From NCBI GenBank assembly GCA_965219085.1, contig OZ244720.1:1152001-1216000 (forward strand): 64,000 bases of DNA, in the 5' to 3' direction. The position numbers and the translations under genes were made by a program. Shown here piece by piece: positions 46,639-55,849 of the stretch; position 1 is the first letter of the stretch; each line of letters starts with the position of its first letter. A model generated the notes under the pieces. It worked only from the letters and a program-made list of their open reading frames with translations. It did no database searches and had not been told where the DNA came from. This stretch comes from Dehalococcoidia bacterium. Lineage in GTDB: Bacteria; Chloroflexota; Dehalococcoidia; UBA2979.

Positions 46639-48501
46639 ATGTCTGTCCGCCACGCATGGCTACACACGTTCCTCGCAGCGCTCGTCACGTTCGCCCTCGC
46701 CGCCTGCGCGGGCGACTCCGACGGCACGGACGGCGCGTCCGAGGCGACCGAGTCCACTCCCCCGCCCTCCACCGCCACCCCGGCCGCCGACGAGTCGATC
46801 ATCGAGCAGCTCCGAGCGAACGCCGACGCCTTCTCGTACGACATCGGCACCCCGGGTGGGACGGTGACGACGGCCACCATCGGCAAGCCGCTCACCTTCA
46901 ACCTCGCGCTCTCGAACGACGCCTACTCCTCGGGGCTCCTCGGCAACCTGTTCGAGGGACTCACCGAGGTGTCGTGGCTGACCGACGAGGTCGAGCCGGG
47001 GCTGGCCGAGTCGTGGGAGCACTCGGACGACGGACTGACGTGGACGTTCCACCTCCGCACCAACGTGCGCTGGCACGACGGCCAGCCGTTCACCGCCCGC
47101 GACGTGGACTTCACGTTCAACCGCATCATCTACGACGACGACATCCCCACCAGCGACCGCGCCGCCTTCCAGTTCCGGTACCTCGACGCCGCCGGCGAGT
47201 GGCAGGAGGCGCCGATGACCGTGACCGCCGTCGACGACTACACGGTGCAGTTCGTGTTGCCGACGCCGTTCGCGCCGTTCCTGCGCTCGATGGGGGCGGC
47301 GATTTACCCCCGGCACATCCTCGAGCCGCACGTCGAGGCGGGGACGTTCAACCAGGTGTGGAGCGTGGACACGGATCCGTCGGAGGTCGTTGGCACCGGC
47401 CCGTTCACCATCGAGAGCTACGTGCAGGACGAGCGAGTGGTGCTGCGGCGCAACCCCGACTATTGGCTGCGCGATGACCAGGGCAACGCCCTCCCGTACA
47501 TCGAGACCATCGTGCACCTGCTCGTCCCGACCATCGAGGACGAGCTGGCGAAGTTCCAGGCGGGCGAGGTGGATGCGTATGGGTTGCGCGGCGAGGACTA
47601 CGCCACCCTCGAGCCGCTGCAGGAGGCGGGCAACTTCACCATCCACCGCCGCGGCCCCGCGTTCGGCACCGTGTTCCTCGGCTTCAACCTCAACACGGGC
47701 TCGGACCCCGAGACCGGCGACCCCTACGTCGCGCCCGAGCAGCTGGCGTGGTTCTCCAACGTCGAGTTCCGCCGCGCCGTGGCGCACAGCATCGACAAGG
47801 CGCGCATCATCGCCGACGTCCAGCACGGGCTCGGCTACCCGCAGTGGGCGTCGATCAGCCCCGCCGCCGGCGACTTCCACAACCCCGACGTGCGCCGCTA
47901 CGAGTACGACGTCGAGGGCGCCAACGCGATCCTCGACGGCCTCGGCTGGCGCGACGGCGATGGAGACGGGGTGCGCGAGGACGGCGCCGGCAACCCGATC
48001 TCGTTCAAGCTCGTGACGAACGTCGACAACGACGTGCGCGCCCGCGTCGCGACGATCATCGACGAGGGGCTCGACCTCATCGGCATCGACGCGCGGTTCG
48101 AGCCGATCGACTTCGGGGACCTCGTGGGACAGCTGACCACGACGTACGACTGGGAGGCGATGATCGTCGGGCTGACCGGCGGCACGGAGCCGCACGGCGG
48201 CATCGCCGTGTGGCACAGCAGCGAGTCGCTGCACCTGTGGCGCCCGAACCAGGAGCAGCCGGCCACCGAGTGGGAAGCCGACATCGACGTGGCGTACGTC
48301 AGGGGCAGCCAGGAGCTCAACCACGAAGCGCGCGTCGCGCACTATCATCGCGCGCAGGCGATCGCGGCCGAGCAGCTGCCGCTCATCTACACGACGCTCT
48401 CCGAGCGCCTGAGCGCGGTACGCAACGTCTTTGGCAACACGACGCCGACCCTGTACGGGCTATGGGACGTCCGCTATGTATACCGGACGGACCTGAACTA
48501 G
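46639..48501 (+). CDS. ABC transporter substrate-binding lipoprotein (family 5)
   Basis: LAAC lipobox; LAESWE, WHDGQPFTARDV, GTGPF, NPDYW, FRRAVAH. Confidence 0.93.
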   Translation: MSVRHAWLHTFLAALVTFALAACAGDSDGTDGASEATESTPPPSTATPAADESIIEQLRANADAFSYDIGTPGGTVTTATIGKPLTFNLALSNDAYSSGLLGNLFEGLTEVSWLTDEVEPGLAESWEHSDDGLTWTFHLRTNVRWHDGQPFTARDVDFTFNRIIYDDDIPTSDRAAFQFRYLDAAGEWQEAPMTVTAVDDYTVQFVLPTPFAPFLRSMGAAIYPRHILEPHVEAGTFNQVWSVDTDPSEVVGTGPFTIESYVQDERVVLRRNPDYWLRDDQGNALPYIETIVHLLVPTIEDELAKFQAGEVDAYGLRGEDYATLEPLQEAGNFTIHRRGPAFGTVFLGFNLNTGSDPETGDPYVAPEQLAWFSNVEFRRAVAHSIDKARIIADVQHGLGYPQWASISPAAGDFHNPDVRRYEYDVEGANAILDGLGWRDGDGDGVREDGAGNPISFKLVTNVDNDVRARVATIIDEGLDLIGIDARFEPIDFGDLVGQLTTTYDWEAMIVGLTGGTEPHGGIAVWHSSESLHLWRPNQEQPATEWEADIDVAYVRGSQELNHEARVAHYHRAQAIAAEQLPLIYTTLSERLSAVRNVFGNTTPTLYGLWDVRYVYRTDLN

Positions 48502-48516
48502 CGGGACGAGGCAGTC

Positions 48517-49156
48517 GCGCACGGAGCGACTCGCCTGGTTCCGTACACTCGAGTTCCGGCGCGCCGTAGCGCACAGCATGGACCGGGACCGGATCATCGC
48601 CGAGGCGATGGGGGGATCGGCTTCCCGCTGTGGGCGGCGCTCTCGCCGGCCTGTGGCGACTTCCACAACCCGAACGTTCGCCGCTACGAATACGACATCG
48701 ACAAGGCCAACGCGATCCTCGACGGCCTCGGTTGGCGCGACGGCGACGACGGCGTGCGCGAGGATCGGGCGGGCAATCCGATCACGGCTCACCTCCATGT
48801 ACGACTGGGAGACGGTGATCATCGGCCTCACCGGTAGTCCGGAACCGCACAGCGCGATCAGCCTCTTGAACAGCAGCGGCACACTGCACCTCTGGCACCC
48901 GCACCAGCCCTCGCCGGCCACGGATTGGGAGGCCAGCATCGACGCCCTTACATCGCAGGGAGCCAGGAACTGGATCACGAGCAACGCGTCGAGTTGTACC
49001 ATCGCGCGCAGGTCATCATGGGCCGAGCAACTCCCGCTGATCTTCATGCCGCTGTCGGAGCGGTTGACCGCGACGCGGAACGTGTTCGGCAATATGGCGC
49101 CTACCGAGCACGCGCTATGGGACATCCGTTACCTGTACCGTACTGGCACGAAATAG
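48517..49156 (+). pseudogene. Degenerate duplicate of the 3' part of the upstream SBP gene
   Basis: Homologous to 47731-48501 (LAWF..LEFRRAVAHS ... RNVFGN..PT...LWDIRYLYRT*) with frameshifts and an internal deletion. Confidence 0.85.
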
Positions 49157-49187
49157 CGGCACGAGGCAGCAGCGAAGGAGCAACCAC

Positions 49188-50027
49188 ATGGCCACCGCGA
49201 CGATCAACGGCGTCGAGATCTACTACGAGGAGCACGGCTCGGGCCCGCCGATCCTGTTCCACCACGGCTTCACCGGGTCGCACGACGGCTTCGTGCCGAT
49301 CGCCGAGCGCCTGCAGGATCGCTTCCGCTGCATCCTCATGGACTCTCGCGGCGCCGGCGACAGCGAGCGTCCCGACGGCGGCTACACGATCGAGCAGTAC
49401 TCGCAAGACATCGTCGGTCTGCTCGACCACCTCGGGCTCGACCAGGTCGCGTACGTCGGCCACAGCATGGGCGGCGGCATCGGCTTCCAGCTCGGCCTCG
49501 AGCACGCCGAGCGCTTCACGCACATCATGCTCGTCACGCCCATCTCCGCCGACGGCTACGCGACCGACCCGGTGCAGGCGGCGCGAGGCCGCCAGCTGCG
49601 CATGGACGGGGCGCGCGACGTGCTGATCCGCGAACGCAAGACCGGGATCGCGCGCGAGGAGCTCATCGACGAAGCCGAGATCGCACGGGACGTCGACCGC
49701 TCGCTCTCGGCCTCCGACGGCCACTACGACGACGGCATGGTGGCGATGGCCACCCTGCGCGTCGGTGACCGCCTGGACGAGATGACGACGCCGACGCTGA
49801 TGATCACCTCCGCCGCCGACGCCCTGCTCGCGGCCAACCTCGCCGACTTCCAGCGCCTGCCGAACGCCTCGCTGCACGTCTTCAACCGCGTCGCGCACGG
49901 CGTGCAGGACGAGGTCCCGGACGAGTTCGCCGAGTTGGTCGCGGACTTCGTGACGCACGGCGTGGTTAACGCGCAGACGCTGGCTGACCGCCTCGTCGCC
50001 GTGCAGGCGGAGGCCGCAGCGGTCTAG
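49188..50027 (+). CDS. Alpha/beta hydrolase
   Basis: HHGF oxyanion motif, DSRGAG, GHSMGG; the stop codon lies in the CTAG target duplication of the IS. Confidence 0.92.
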   Translation: MATATINGVEIYYEEHGSGPPILFHHGFTGSHDGFVPIAERLQDRFRCILMDSRGAGDSERPDGGYTIEQYSQDIVGLLDHLGLDQVAYVGHSMGGGIGFQLGLEHAERFTHIMLVTPISADGYATDPVQAARGRQLRMDGARDVLIRERKTGIAREELIDEAEIARDVDRSLSASDGHYDDGMVAMATLRVGDRLDEMTTPTLMITSAADALLAANLADFQRLPNASLHVFNRVAHGVQDEVPDEFAELVADFVTHGVVNAQTLADRLVAVQAEAAAV

Positions 50028-50649
50028 CAGGCTGCTGAAGAAGCGCCCTTCCGGGGTCTCGGAGTGGCGAGAGGCGGCTTCAAGCCGCCTCCGGGTTCGT
50101 GATCGTGGCCTCCTGACCGGCCCCCGGGGGCCTCTGAGGGCTCCCTGGCGGGGCGGAGGGCGCACTGCGCCTACGCCGCGGCGGTCTCGAGCGTGGCCAT
50201 GCGCACGAGGTTGTAGGCGGCGGCGGTGAGCTCCAGCCAACAGCGGTTGCGCTCGCGGCCCACGAAGCGCAGCTTGCGCCCGCCGCCCACGGTCTTCATC
50301 CAGCCGAAGACCTGCTCCACGATCTTGCGCCGCTTCTGACTCTGCCTGTAGCCGCGATGCCGCGTGGTGCGCCCATCCACGGCGCTGCGGCGGCCGCGGT
50401 CGTGCTGCGCCACGTGCGGCGTCACGCCGCGAGCGCGCAGCGCCGCCACGAAGCCGCGCGTGTCGTAGCCGCGGTCGGCGCCCAGCGTCCCGCAGCCGCT
50501 CACGCTGCGCTCCAGCATCGTGACCGCCGCCTCGCGCTCGGCGTACCCGTTCGCCTCGGTCAACTCCACGTCCAGCACCAGACCGTGACGGTTCTCGGTG
50601 AGCAGATGGCCCATGTAGCTGAGCTTCGCCGTCTGCCCCGACCCCTAAT

Positions 50650-50852
50650 GGGGCCCGACCAGCGGCCAGAGGTTCTCTGGCAGACTGGTTCTGGACCCTG
50701 CCAGCCGGTGAGCTCTCAGCTGATCCCTGCGGCTTCTGGACCGCTTCACGAAGACCGAGCCCCTGCTGGTATTCCGGGTTGTTCTGCAGCACTCATGGGG
50801 TGTCGTGCCATCGAGCACTGATCCATTAGGCCGTCGCAGGAACCAACCCGCC
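50650..50852 (+). ncRNA. Predicted bridge RNA (5' stem-loop, target-binding loop, donor-binding loop)
   Basis: Target guides tgatccct (50721-50728) and cacgaag (50747-50753); donor guides ggggtgtc (50797-50804) and ccattag (50823-50829); each pair flanks an internal hairpin inside an outer stem. RNA ends approximate. Confidence 0.82.
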
Positions 50853-50896
50853 GGGTCGCACCGAGCAGCGCGAAGCGGGAGAGGAACTGAAACACG

Positions 50897-52120
50897 ATGG
50901 CCTTGTACCTGGGCGATGACTGGTCCGAAGACCACCACGACGTCCATCTCATGAACGACGCGGGCGAGCGGCTCGCCGCCCGGCGTCTGCCCGAAGGGGT
51001 GGAGGGCATCACTGCCCTGCACGGACTGGTCGCCGGGTACGCCTCAGGGCCGGGTGAGGTGATCGTCGGCATCGAGACGGACCGCGGCCCCTGGGTCGCG
51101 GCACTGCTCGCGGCCGGCTACCACGTCTACGCCATCAACCCGCGCTCGGCGTCGCGTTACCGCGACCGCCACCACGTCGGCGGCGCCAAGTCCGACGCCG
51201 GCGACGCGAAGCTGCTCGCCGACCTCGTCCGCACCGACCGGCACAACCACCGGGAGGTCGCCGGCGACAGCGACGAAGCCGCCGCGGTGCGCATCCTCGC
51301 CCGCGCCCACCAGCAGTTGATCTGGGACCGCGTCCGCCAGACCAACCGGCTGCGCAACGCGCTCAGGGAGTACTTTCCGGGTGCGCTGGAGGCCTTCCCC
51401 GACCTCGCGCACGACGACGCGGTGGGCGTGCTGGCGACAGCGCCTGGCCCGCGCGAGGCGGCGCGGCTGAGCATCACCCAGATCCGCTCCGCGCTGCGCC
51501 GCGGCGGCCGCCGGCGCAACATCGAGCGGCGCGCCGCCGAGGTCCGCGACGCGCTGCGCTCACCGCAGCTCGAGGCTCCGCCCGCGGTGAGCAAGGCATT
51601 CGCCGCGAGCACCAGTGCGGCAATGAGGGTGATCGGCGAGATCAACCGTCAGATCAAGGAGCTCGAGGCCGAGCTCGCGAGCCATTTTGAGCAGCACCCG
51701 GACGCCGGTATCTACCGTTCCCTGCCCGGTCTCGGCGTGGTCCTCGGCGCCCGGGTGCTTGGCGAGTTCGGGGATGACCCCGAACGCTACGAGTCGGCGA
51801 AGTCCCGCAGGAACTACGCCGGCACGTCGCCGCTGACGGTAGCATCCGGCCGCAAGCACACCGTGAAAGCCCGCTTCGTCCGCAACCGGCGCCTCTACGA
51901 CGCAGTCGACCAGTGGGCGCTGTGCTCCCTGCAGGCCAGCCCCGGCTGCCGCGAGTTCTACGATCGGCGGCGCGCCGCGGGCGACCTCCACCACCAGGCG
52001 CTCCGCGCCCTCGGCAACCGTCTCGTCGGCTACCTACATGGCTGCCTGAAGCGCCGCTTGCCCTACGACGAGACGACCGCCTGGGGACACCGTTACACCC
52101 ACGAGGACCTCGCTGCTTGA
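50897..52120 (+). CDS. IS110-family recombinase/transposase
   Basis: DEDD residues in LGDDWSE, GIET, KSDAGDA; SLPGLG; YAGTSPLTVASGR. Confidence 0.95.
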   Translation: MALYLGDDWSEDHHDVHLMNDAGERLAARRLPEGVEGITALHGLVAGYASGPGEVIVGIETDRGPWVAALLAAGYHVYAINPRSASRYRDRHHVGGAKSDAGDAKLLADLVRTDRHNHREVAGDSDEAAAVRILARAHQQLIWDRVRQTNRLRNALREYFPGALEAFPDLAHDDAVGVLATAPGPREAARLSITQIRSALRRGGRRRNIERRAAEVRDALRSPQLEAPPAVSKAFAASTSAAMRVIGEINRQIKELEAELASHFEQHPDAGIYRSLPGLGVVLGARVLGEFGDDPERYESAKSRRNYAGTSPLTVASGRKHTVKARFVRNRRLYDAVDQWALCSLQASPGCREFYDRRRAAGDLHHQALRALGNRLVGYLHGCLKRRLPYDETTAWGHRYTHEDLAA

Positions 52121-52299
52121 CCCCTTAGCGTCCTGGGGGTGTCTTCGTGTACAGCCGCGCCTCCGGGTCCGTGCCGGAACTATGCGTATCGCGGCTGCGC
52201 CGCCGCCCGCGGAAGTCGACATCCGGGTTGCGTCCGCCCAGGGGTGGCTCCTGCTCGTCGCGCGGGCGGTAGCTTCTATGAGGGACGGTCTTTCTGCAA

Positions 52300-52600
52300 G
52301 GCCGACGTGGCGGCCTCCTCCTCGGGGCGTGGCGCTCCTCGACATCGGGGCCGATCCGCTCGTGATGTCCCCTGACGGAGCCTGTGCCGAGCTTCTATCC
52401 GCACTCTTTGATGGGCCACGTATCGGGCCCGGTGCATGAAGGCACATCCTGCTTCCAGGGGGCGCTGCCAACTCTTGAACGTCCTTGTTGGACCGCTACC
52501 GCCTCGCAGTCGCCCGTTGCCCGGCATCACGTGCAGTGGTTGGTTTGCTGGGCCTCCTCCCAGGTCCGTCTCAGTCTCGCTCTCCTGGTCGGTTGCTTCG
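52300..52600 (-). ncRNA. Predicted bridge/seek RNA of the IS1111-group element
   Basis: RNA-sense ggcgguagc (52503-52495) + hairpin gucc-aacaa-ggac + ucaagag (52478-52472) match the two halves of the insertion site; auagaag (52398-52392) is complementary to the donor junction. RNA ends approximate. Confidence 0.8.
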
Positions 52601-52613
52601 GCGCCGCGCCTTG

Positions 52614-53702
52614 CTACGCGGCCTCCTGCGCCGCGGCGTCGCGCAACGGCTCGTAGACCTCGCCGGTCTTCCACAGCGCGAGCAGCAGCACCGCCAGCCG
52701 CCTCGCGACGCCCACGACGGCGCGCTTCTTCGCGTTACCGGCCCCCGTAGCGGTGTAGCGCTCACCCCAGCGGCGCAGGTCGGTGTCGGGCCCGAAGGGG
52801 CCGAGGATGTAGTGCGCGGCCTGCACCAGCAGCCGCCGCAGGTGCGGATCGCCGCTCTTGCCGATGCCGAGTTGCGGCGTGCGCTCGCCCGAGTCGCGCT
52901 GCCTCGGCACGAGCCCGAGGTAGGCGCCGACCTCGCGGTTCTTCGGGAAGCGCCCAGGATCCTCGATCGTCAGCACGAACGTGAGCGCGGTGATCGGCCC
53001 GACGCCCGTGACCTGGCGCAGCGCCGCGGTCTCGGAGTGAGCCTCGCACAACGCCTCGATCTCGCGGCCGGCCGCCGCGATGCGCGCGGTCAGCTCGCCG
53101 ATCGCCTCCACCAGCGGCAGCAGCGCCGGGCGCAGCCCGTCGGGGATGTGGTCCGCCGTCTTGCGGTGGAACGCCTCGGCCGTGCACGACGGCAACGCGG
53201 CTCCGCAGGCCTTGACGGCCCCGCGCACGTGGTTGATGAGCAGCGTCCGCGAGCGCACCAGCGCGTCGCGGGCGCGCACCACGGCGAGGTCGTGCTGGCT
53301 CGCCTCGCTGCGGTGGCGGATCGGGGCGAGCAACTGGGGGTCGAAGCGCCCCAGCCGCGCCAGCCACTCGGCGTCGAGCCGGTCGGTCTTGCGCTGGCTG
53401 CGGGCGATCAGCGCGACCTGGCGCGGGTTGGCGACGACCACCTCGTGGCCGAGGTCCGCCATGAGGCGGCTCAGCCACGGCGAGCGCGGCCCCGCCTCGA
53501 TCACGACCCGCGATGGGGGGAGGCCGGTCAGCACCATGCCCAGCGCTGCCGTCGTGGTGCGGACGCGCCTCTCACGTACCACCTCCCCGCCGGCGCCGAG
53601 GGCGTGGACGTGGGTGTAGCGGTCGCCCACGTCGAGGCCGATGGTGACCCCTGACCCTTCCTTGCCCTCAATGCTCCACGTCGTTGCGGTATCCTGCTGC
53701 AC
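52614..53702 (-). CDS. IS110/IS1111-family recombinase/transposase
   Basis: IGLDVG, VIEAG, VANPRQV, KTDRLDA, GVGPITA, YLGLVPRQRDSG, ARRLAVLL. Confidence 0.95.
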   Translation of the reverse strand: MQQDTATTWSIEGKEGSGVTIGLDVGDRYTHVHALGAGGEVVRERRVRTTTAALGMVLTGLPPSRVVIEAGPRSPWLSRLMADLGHEVVVANPRQVALIARSQRKTDRLDAEWLARLGRFDPQLLAPIRHRSEASQHDLAVVRARDALVRSRTLLINHVRGAVKACGAALPSCTAEAFHRKTADHIPDGLRPALLPLVEAIGELTARIAAAGREIEALCEAHSETAALRQVTGVGPITALTFVLTIEDPGRFPKNREVGAYLGLVPRQRDSGERTPQLGIGKSGDPHLRRLLVQAAHYILGPFGPDTDLRRWGERYTATGAGNAKKRAVVGVARRLAVLLLALWKTGEVYEPLRDAAAQEAA

Positions 53703-54516
53703 GGCCGGTCTCCTACCTCGTCAAAGCTCCGCAAAGAGCCGTTCTGGCCCATCGAGGCCGCTGTTTCGGGGGCGAGTATCCCCCTTGAGGAAGAGACCGG
53801 CCCTCATGCCATCTCTTGAGCGACGCCCACGCCTCGAGCAGCGTCCCGTCCACCGTGAAGTGCTCGGCCGAGAGCAGCCGGCGGCGCTTTGCCTCGGCCA
53901 CCACCTCGGCGAAGAAGGCGCGCGCGACATCGGCTGCGAGCAGGCGCTCGCGGTTCTTGGAGAAGCTCGAGGCGTCGAACGGCGCGTCTGAGATGTTGAG
54001 GTCCAAGAACCACTTGAAGAGCAGGTCGTAGCGCAGCCGCTCGCTGAACTGGCGCTCGCTGCGGATCGAGTAGAGCGCGATCAGCAGGCTCGCCTTGAGC
54101 AGGTGCTCGGGCGGGATCGAGGGCCGCCCGCTCGTTGCGTACATCGTGCCGAAGAGCGGCGAGAGCCGCTGCAGCGCTGCATCGACGATCGGCTTGATGC
54201 GTCGGATCGGGTGGTCGTCCGGGATGAAGGAGTCCGGCGTCACCGCCAGCAACATGTTGGTCTGACGCTCAGCGTCGCCTCGCACGGGGCTGCCTCCCAG
54301 GCTACGCCCCCGCCGCCTTCGCTATCCTGCCAGATGGCCGCGCCTTTTTCAGCACCCTGCTAGGCTCCCCACCTGGGGCCGAACGCAAGAATCGGGGAGC
54401 CGCCGCGGCGGCTCCCCGGCGTCACCTCCGTGGCGCGGCCGAGGGCGATCCGGGTGGCGACGCAGCCCCACCCGAGCGCAAAGACGACTACCAGCCGTAA
54501 TCGGAGAGTGATTCTT

Positions 54517-54672
54517 ACAGGCTGTAGCACGTGCTTATAGGGTATACATACAGGCCATAGCACGTGCTTCCGAGCGTCGACCGACTGGTTGTCCCCCTCG
54601 GTCTGAGCCCCTATAGCGGACGCGACAGGCTGTAGCACGTGCTTATAGCGTGATATACACGTTGTAGCCTGT
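54517..54672. repeat. Three copies of acaggc(tg/ca)tagcacgtgctt plus an inverted partial copy; probable operators
   Basis: 54517-54540 and 54625-54648 identical (24 bp), 54550-54569 variant; each contains the palindrome agcacgtgct. Confidence 0.8.
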
Positions 54673-54683
54673 ACTATCGACCT

Positions 54684-55154
54684 ATGCCTTCCTCGAACGC
54701 GCACGCACGATCACGGCTCGATGCCCGTTTGAGCCTGCTTCGGCCGCTCAGCCGGGAGCCGCTTCCGCACGCCGGGTGGATCCGGGCGATCCGCCAGGCA
54801 CTCGGCATGTCCGGCAGGGAGTTGGGAGACCGGTTGGGAGTCAGTCAGCAGACCATCCCCAACATCGAGCGCAGCGAACAACGCGGCGCCATCAAGCTGG
54901 AGACGTTGCGACGCGCCGCTGACGCTCTCGACTGCGATCTCGTGTACGCGCTCGTGCCCCGCCGCAGTCTGGATGAGCTCGTCATGGCGCAGGCCCGCCG
55001 CAAGGCGACCGATCACCTCCGGCCGATAGCGCACCACAGCCGACTCGATGATCAGGCGGTCACCGGCACGGATGCCGCGGCCCAGATCGACGAACTCGCG
55101 GCTCACTTCGTCGATCGCAGGGGCCTCTGGACCGAGTCGACAGCGCCGCGATAG
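54684..55154 (+). CDS. Mobile mystery protein A-like HTH protein
   Basis: GWIRAIRQALGMSGRELGDRLGVSQQ...IERSE...LETLRRAADALDCDLVYALVPR. Confidence 0.88.
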   Translation: MPSSNAHARSRLDARLSLLRPLSREPLPHAGWIRAIRQALGMSGRELGDRLGVSQQTIPNIERSEQRGAIKLETLRRAADALDCDLVYALVPRRSLDELVMAQARRKATDHLRPIAHHSRLDDQAVTGTDAAAQIDELAAHFVDRRGLWTESTAPR

Positions 55155-55586
55155 CCCGCGCGGCTCCTCGACGACAAGTACCTGCGCGATCTGCACGCTG
55201 CCATGTTCGGCGACGTCTGGAACTGGGCGGGCCGCTATCGGACTCTCGAAACCAACATCGGCGTCGCTCCGCACCGGATCGCAGCGGACATCCGGCTCAT
55301 GGTCGGAGACACCCGAGCGTGGGTGGAACACGACACGTACGGTTCCGACGAGCTGGCGGTGAGGTTCCACCACCGTCTCGTCGAGATTCATCCGTTCGCG
55401 AACGGCAACGGACGCCTCGGTCGAGTCGCCGCCAACTACCTGATCCGGGGTCTCGGAGCCGAAGCCTTCAGCTGGGGAGCCCGCGCCGACCTCGAGACCG
55501 ACGCGCTCCGGGGCGCCTATCGCCGCGCGCTTCAGCGCGCGGATGCCGGCGAGATCGCCGAGCTGCTGGCGTTCGCGCGCACCTGA
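55155..55586 (+). pseudogene. Mobile mystery protein B-like Fic protein, apparently 5'-truncated
   Basis: LRDLHAAMFGDVWNWAGRYR..ETNIGV...HHRLVEIHPFANGNGRLGR; no start for the usual N-terminal part; in frame with the upstream TAG. Confidence 0.75.
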
Positions 55587-55601
55587 TCCCGCCCCTCGGC
55601 C

Positions 55602-55640
55602 GCCCGCTCAGGGCGCCGAGGGGTCATACGCGTCGGCGAT
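55602..55640 (-). repeat. Orphan duplicate of the CoA-transferase 3' end (partner 55844-55882)
   Basis: 33/39 identity; encodes IADAYDPSAP* versus IGDTYEPSVP*. Confidence 0.85.
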
Positions 55641-55676
55641 CGTCGGAGGGCTACACTGGATGGGTGGAGGCGACCC

Positions 55677-55844
55677 TTGCCACCGTGCCAAGAGACCGAG
55701 CAACGCCCACCACAGCCGTTCACCCTCGAATCGGTGTACGGGTCCGTGCAGCCCTCTGCGGCTCCGGAGGACTCCGACCAGTTGGTGCGTGACGCCAAGG
55801 ACGCGAAGGCCGAGCGAACCGTGCGGGAGCTGCGCGAGTCGTAG
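55677..55844 (+). CDS. 55-aa small protein resembling the C-terminal half of AbrB/MazE-type antitoxins
   Basis: GGAGG RBS, TTG start; PFTLESVYGSVQP...EDSDQLVRDAKDAKAERTV; below the ORF-track length cutoff. Confidence 0.45.
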   Translation: MPPCQETEQRPPQPFTLESVYGSVQPSAAPEDSDQLVRDAKDAKAERTVRELRES

Positions 55845-55849
55845 CCCGC

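Larger units (their letters stand above)
50647..52144 (+). mobile_element. IS110-group element with CT core
   Basis: Junctions acccCT|aatgggg and ggggtgtCT|tcgtg; no terminal IRs; long non-coding end upstream of the recombinase. Confidence 0.92.
52275..53814 (-). mobile_element. IS1111-group (IS110 family) element
   Basis: Sub-terminal IRs atgaggg(a/c)cggtct at 52278-52291 and 53794-53807, 3 and 7 nt from the ends; CT at both junctions; long non-coding end downstream of the recombinase. Confidence 0.93.
50171..54285 (-). pseudogene. IS5-family transposase split in three pieces (53815-54285, 52145-52274, 50171-50646)
   Basis: The pieces sum to 1077 nt, the same length as the intact copy, and rejoin in frame (WASLK|SYRPR ... 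LYT|KGSGQT). Confidence 0.93.
50028..54359 (-). mobile_element. IS5-family element (same family as 28079-29371) carrying two nested IS110-family insertions
   Basis: Ends caggctgctgaa / ttcagcaccctg; CTAG duplication at 50024-50027 and 54360-54363. Confidence 0.95.

Noticed and set aside
54517-54648. Possible mini CRISPR array
   Set aside because: Only three copies with irregular gaps (9 and 55 bp) and no cas genes; position fits HTH operators.
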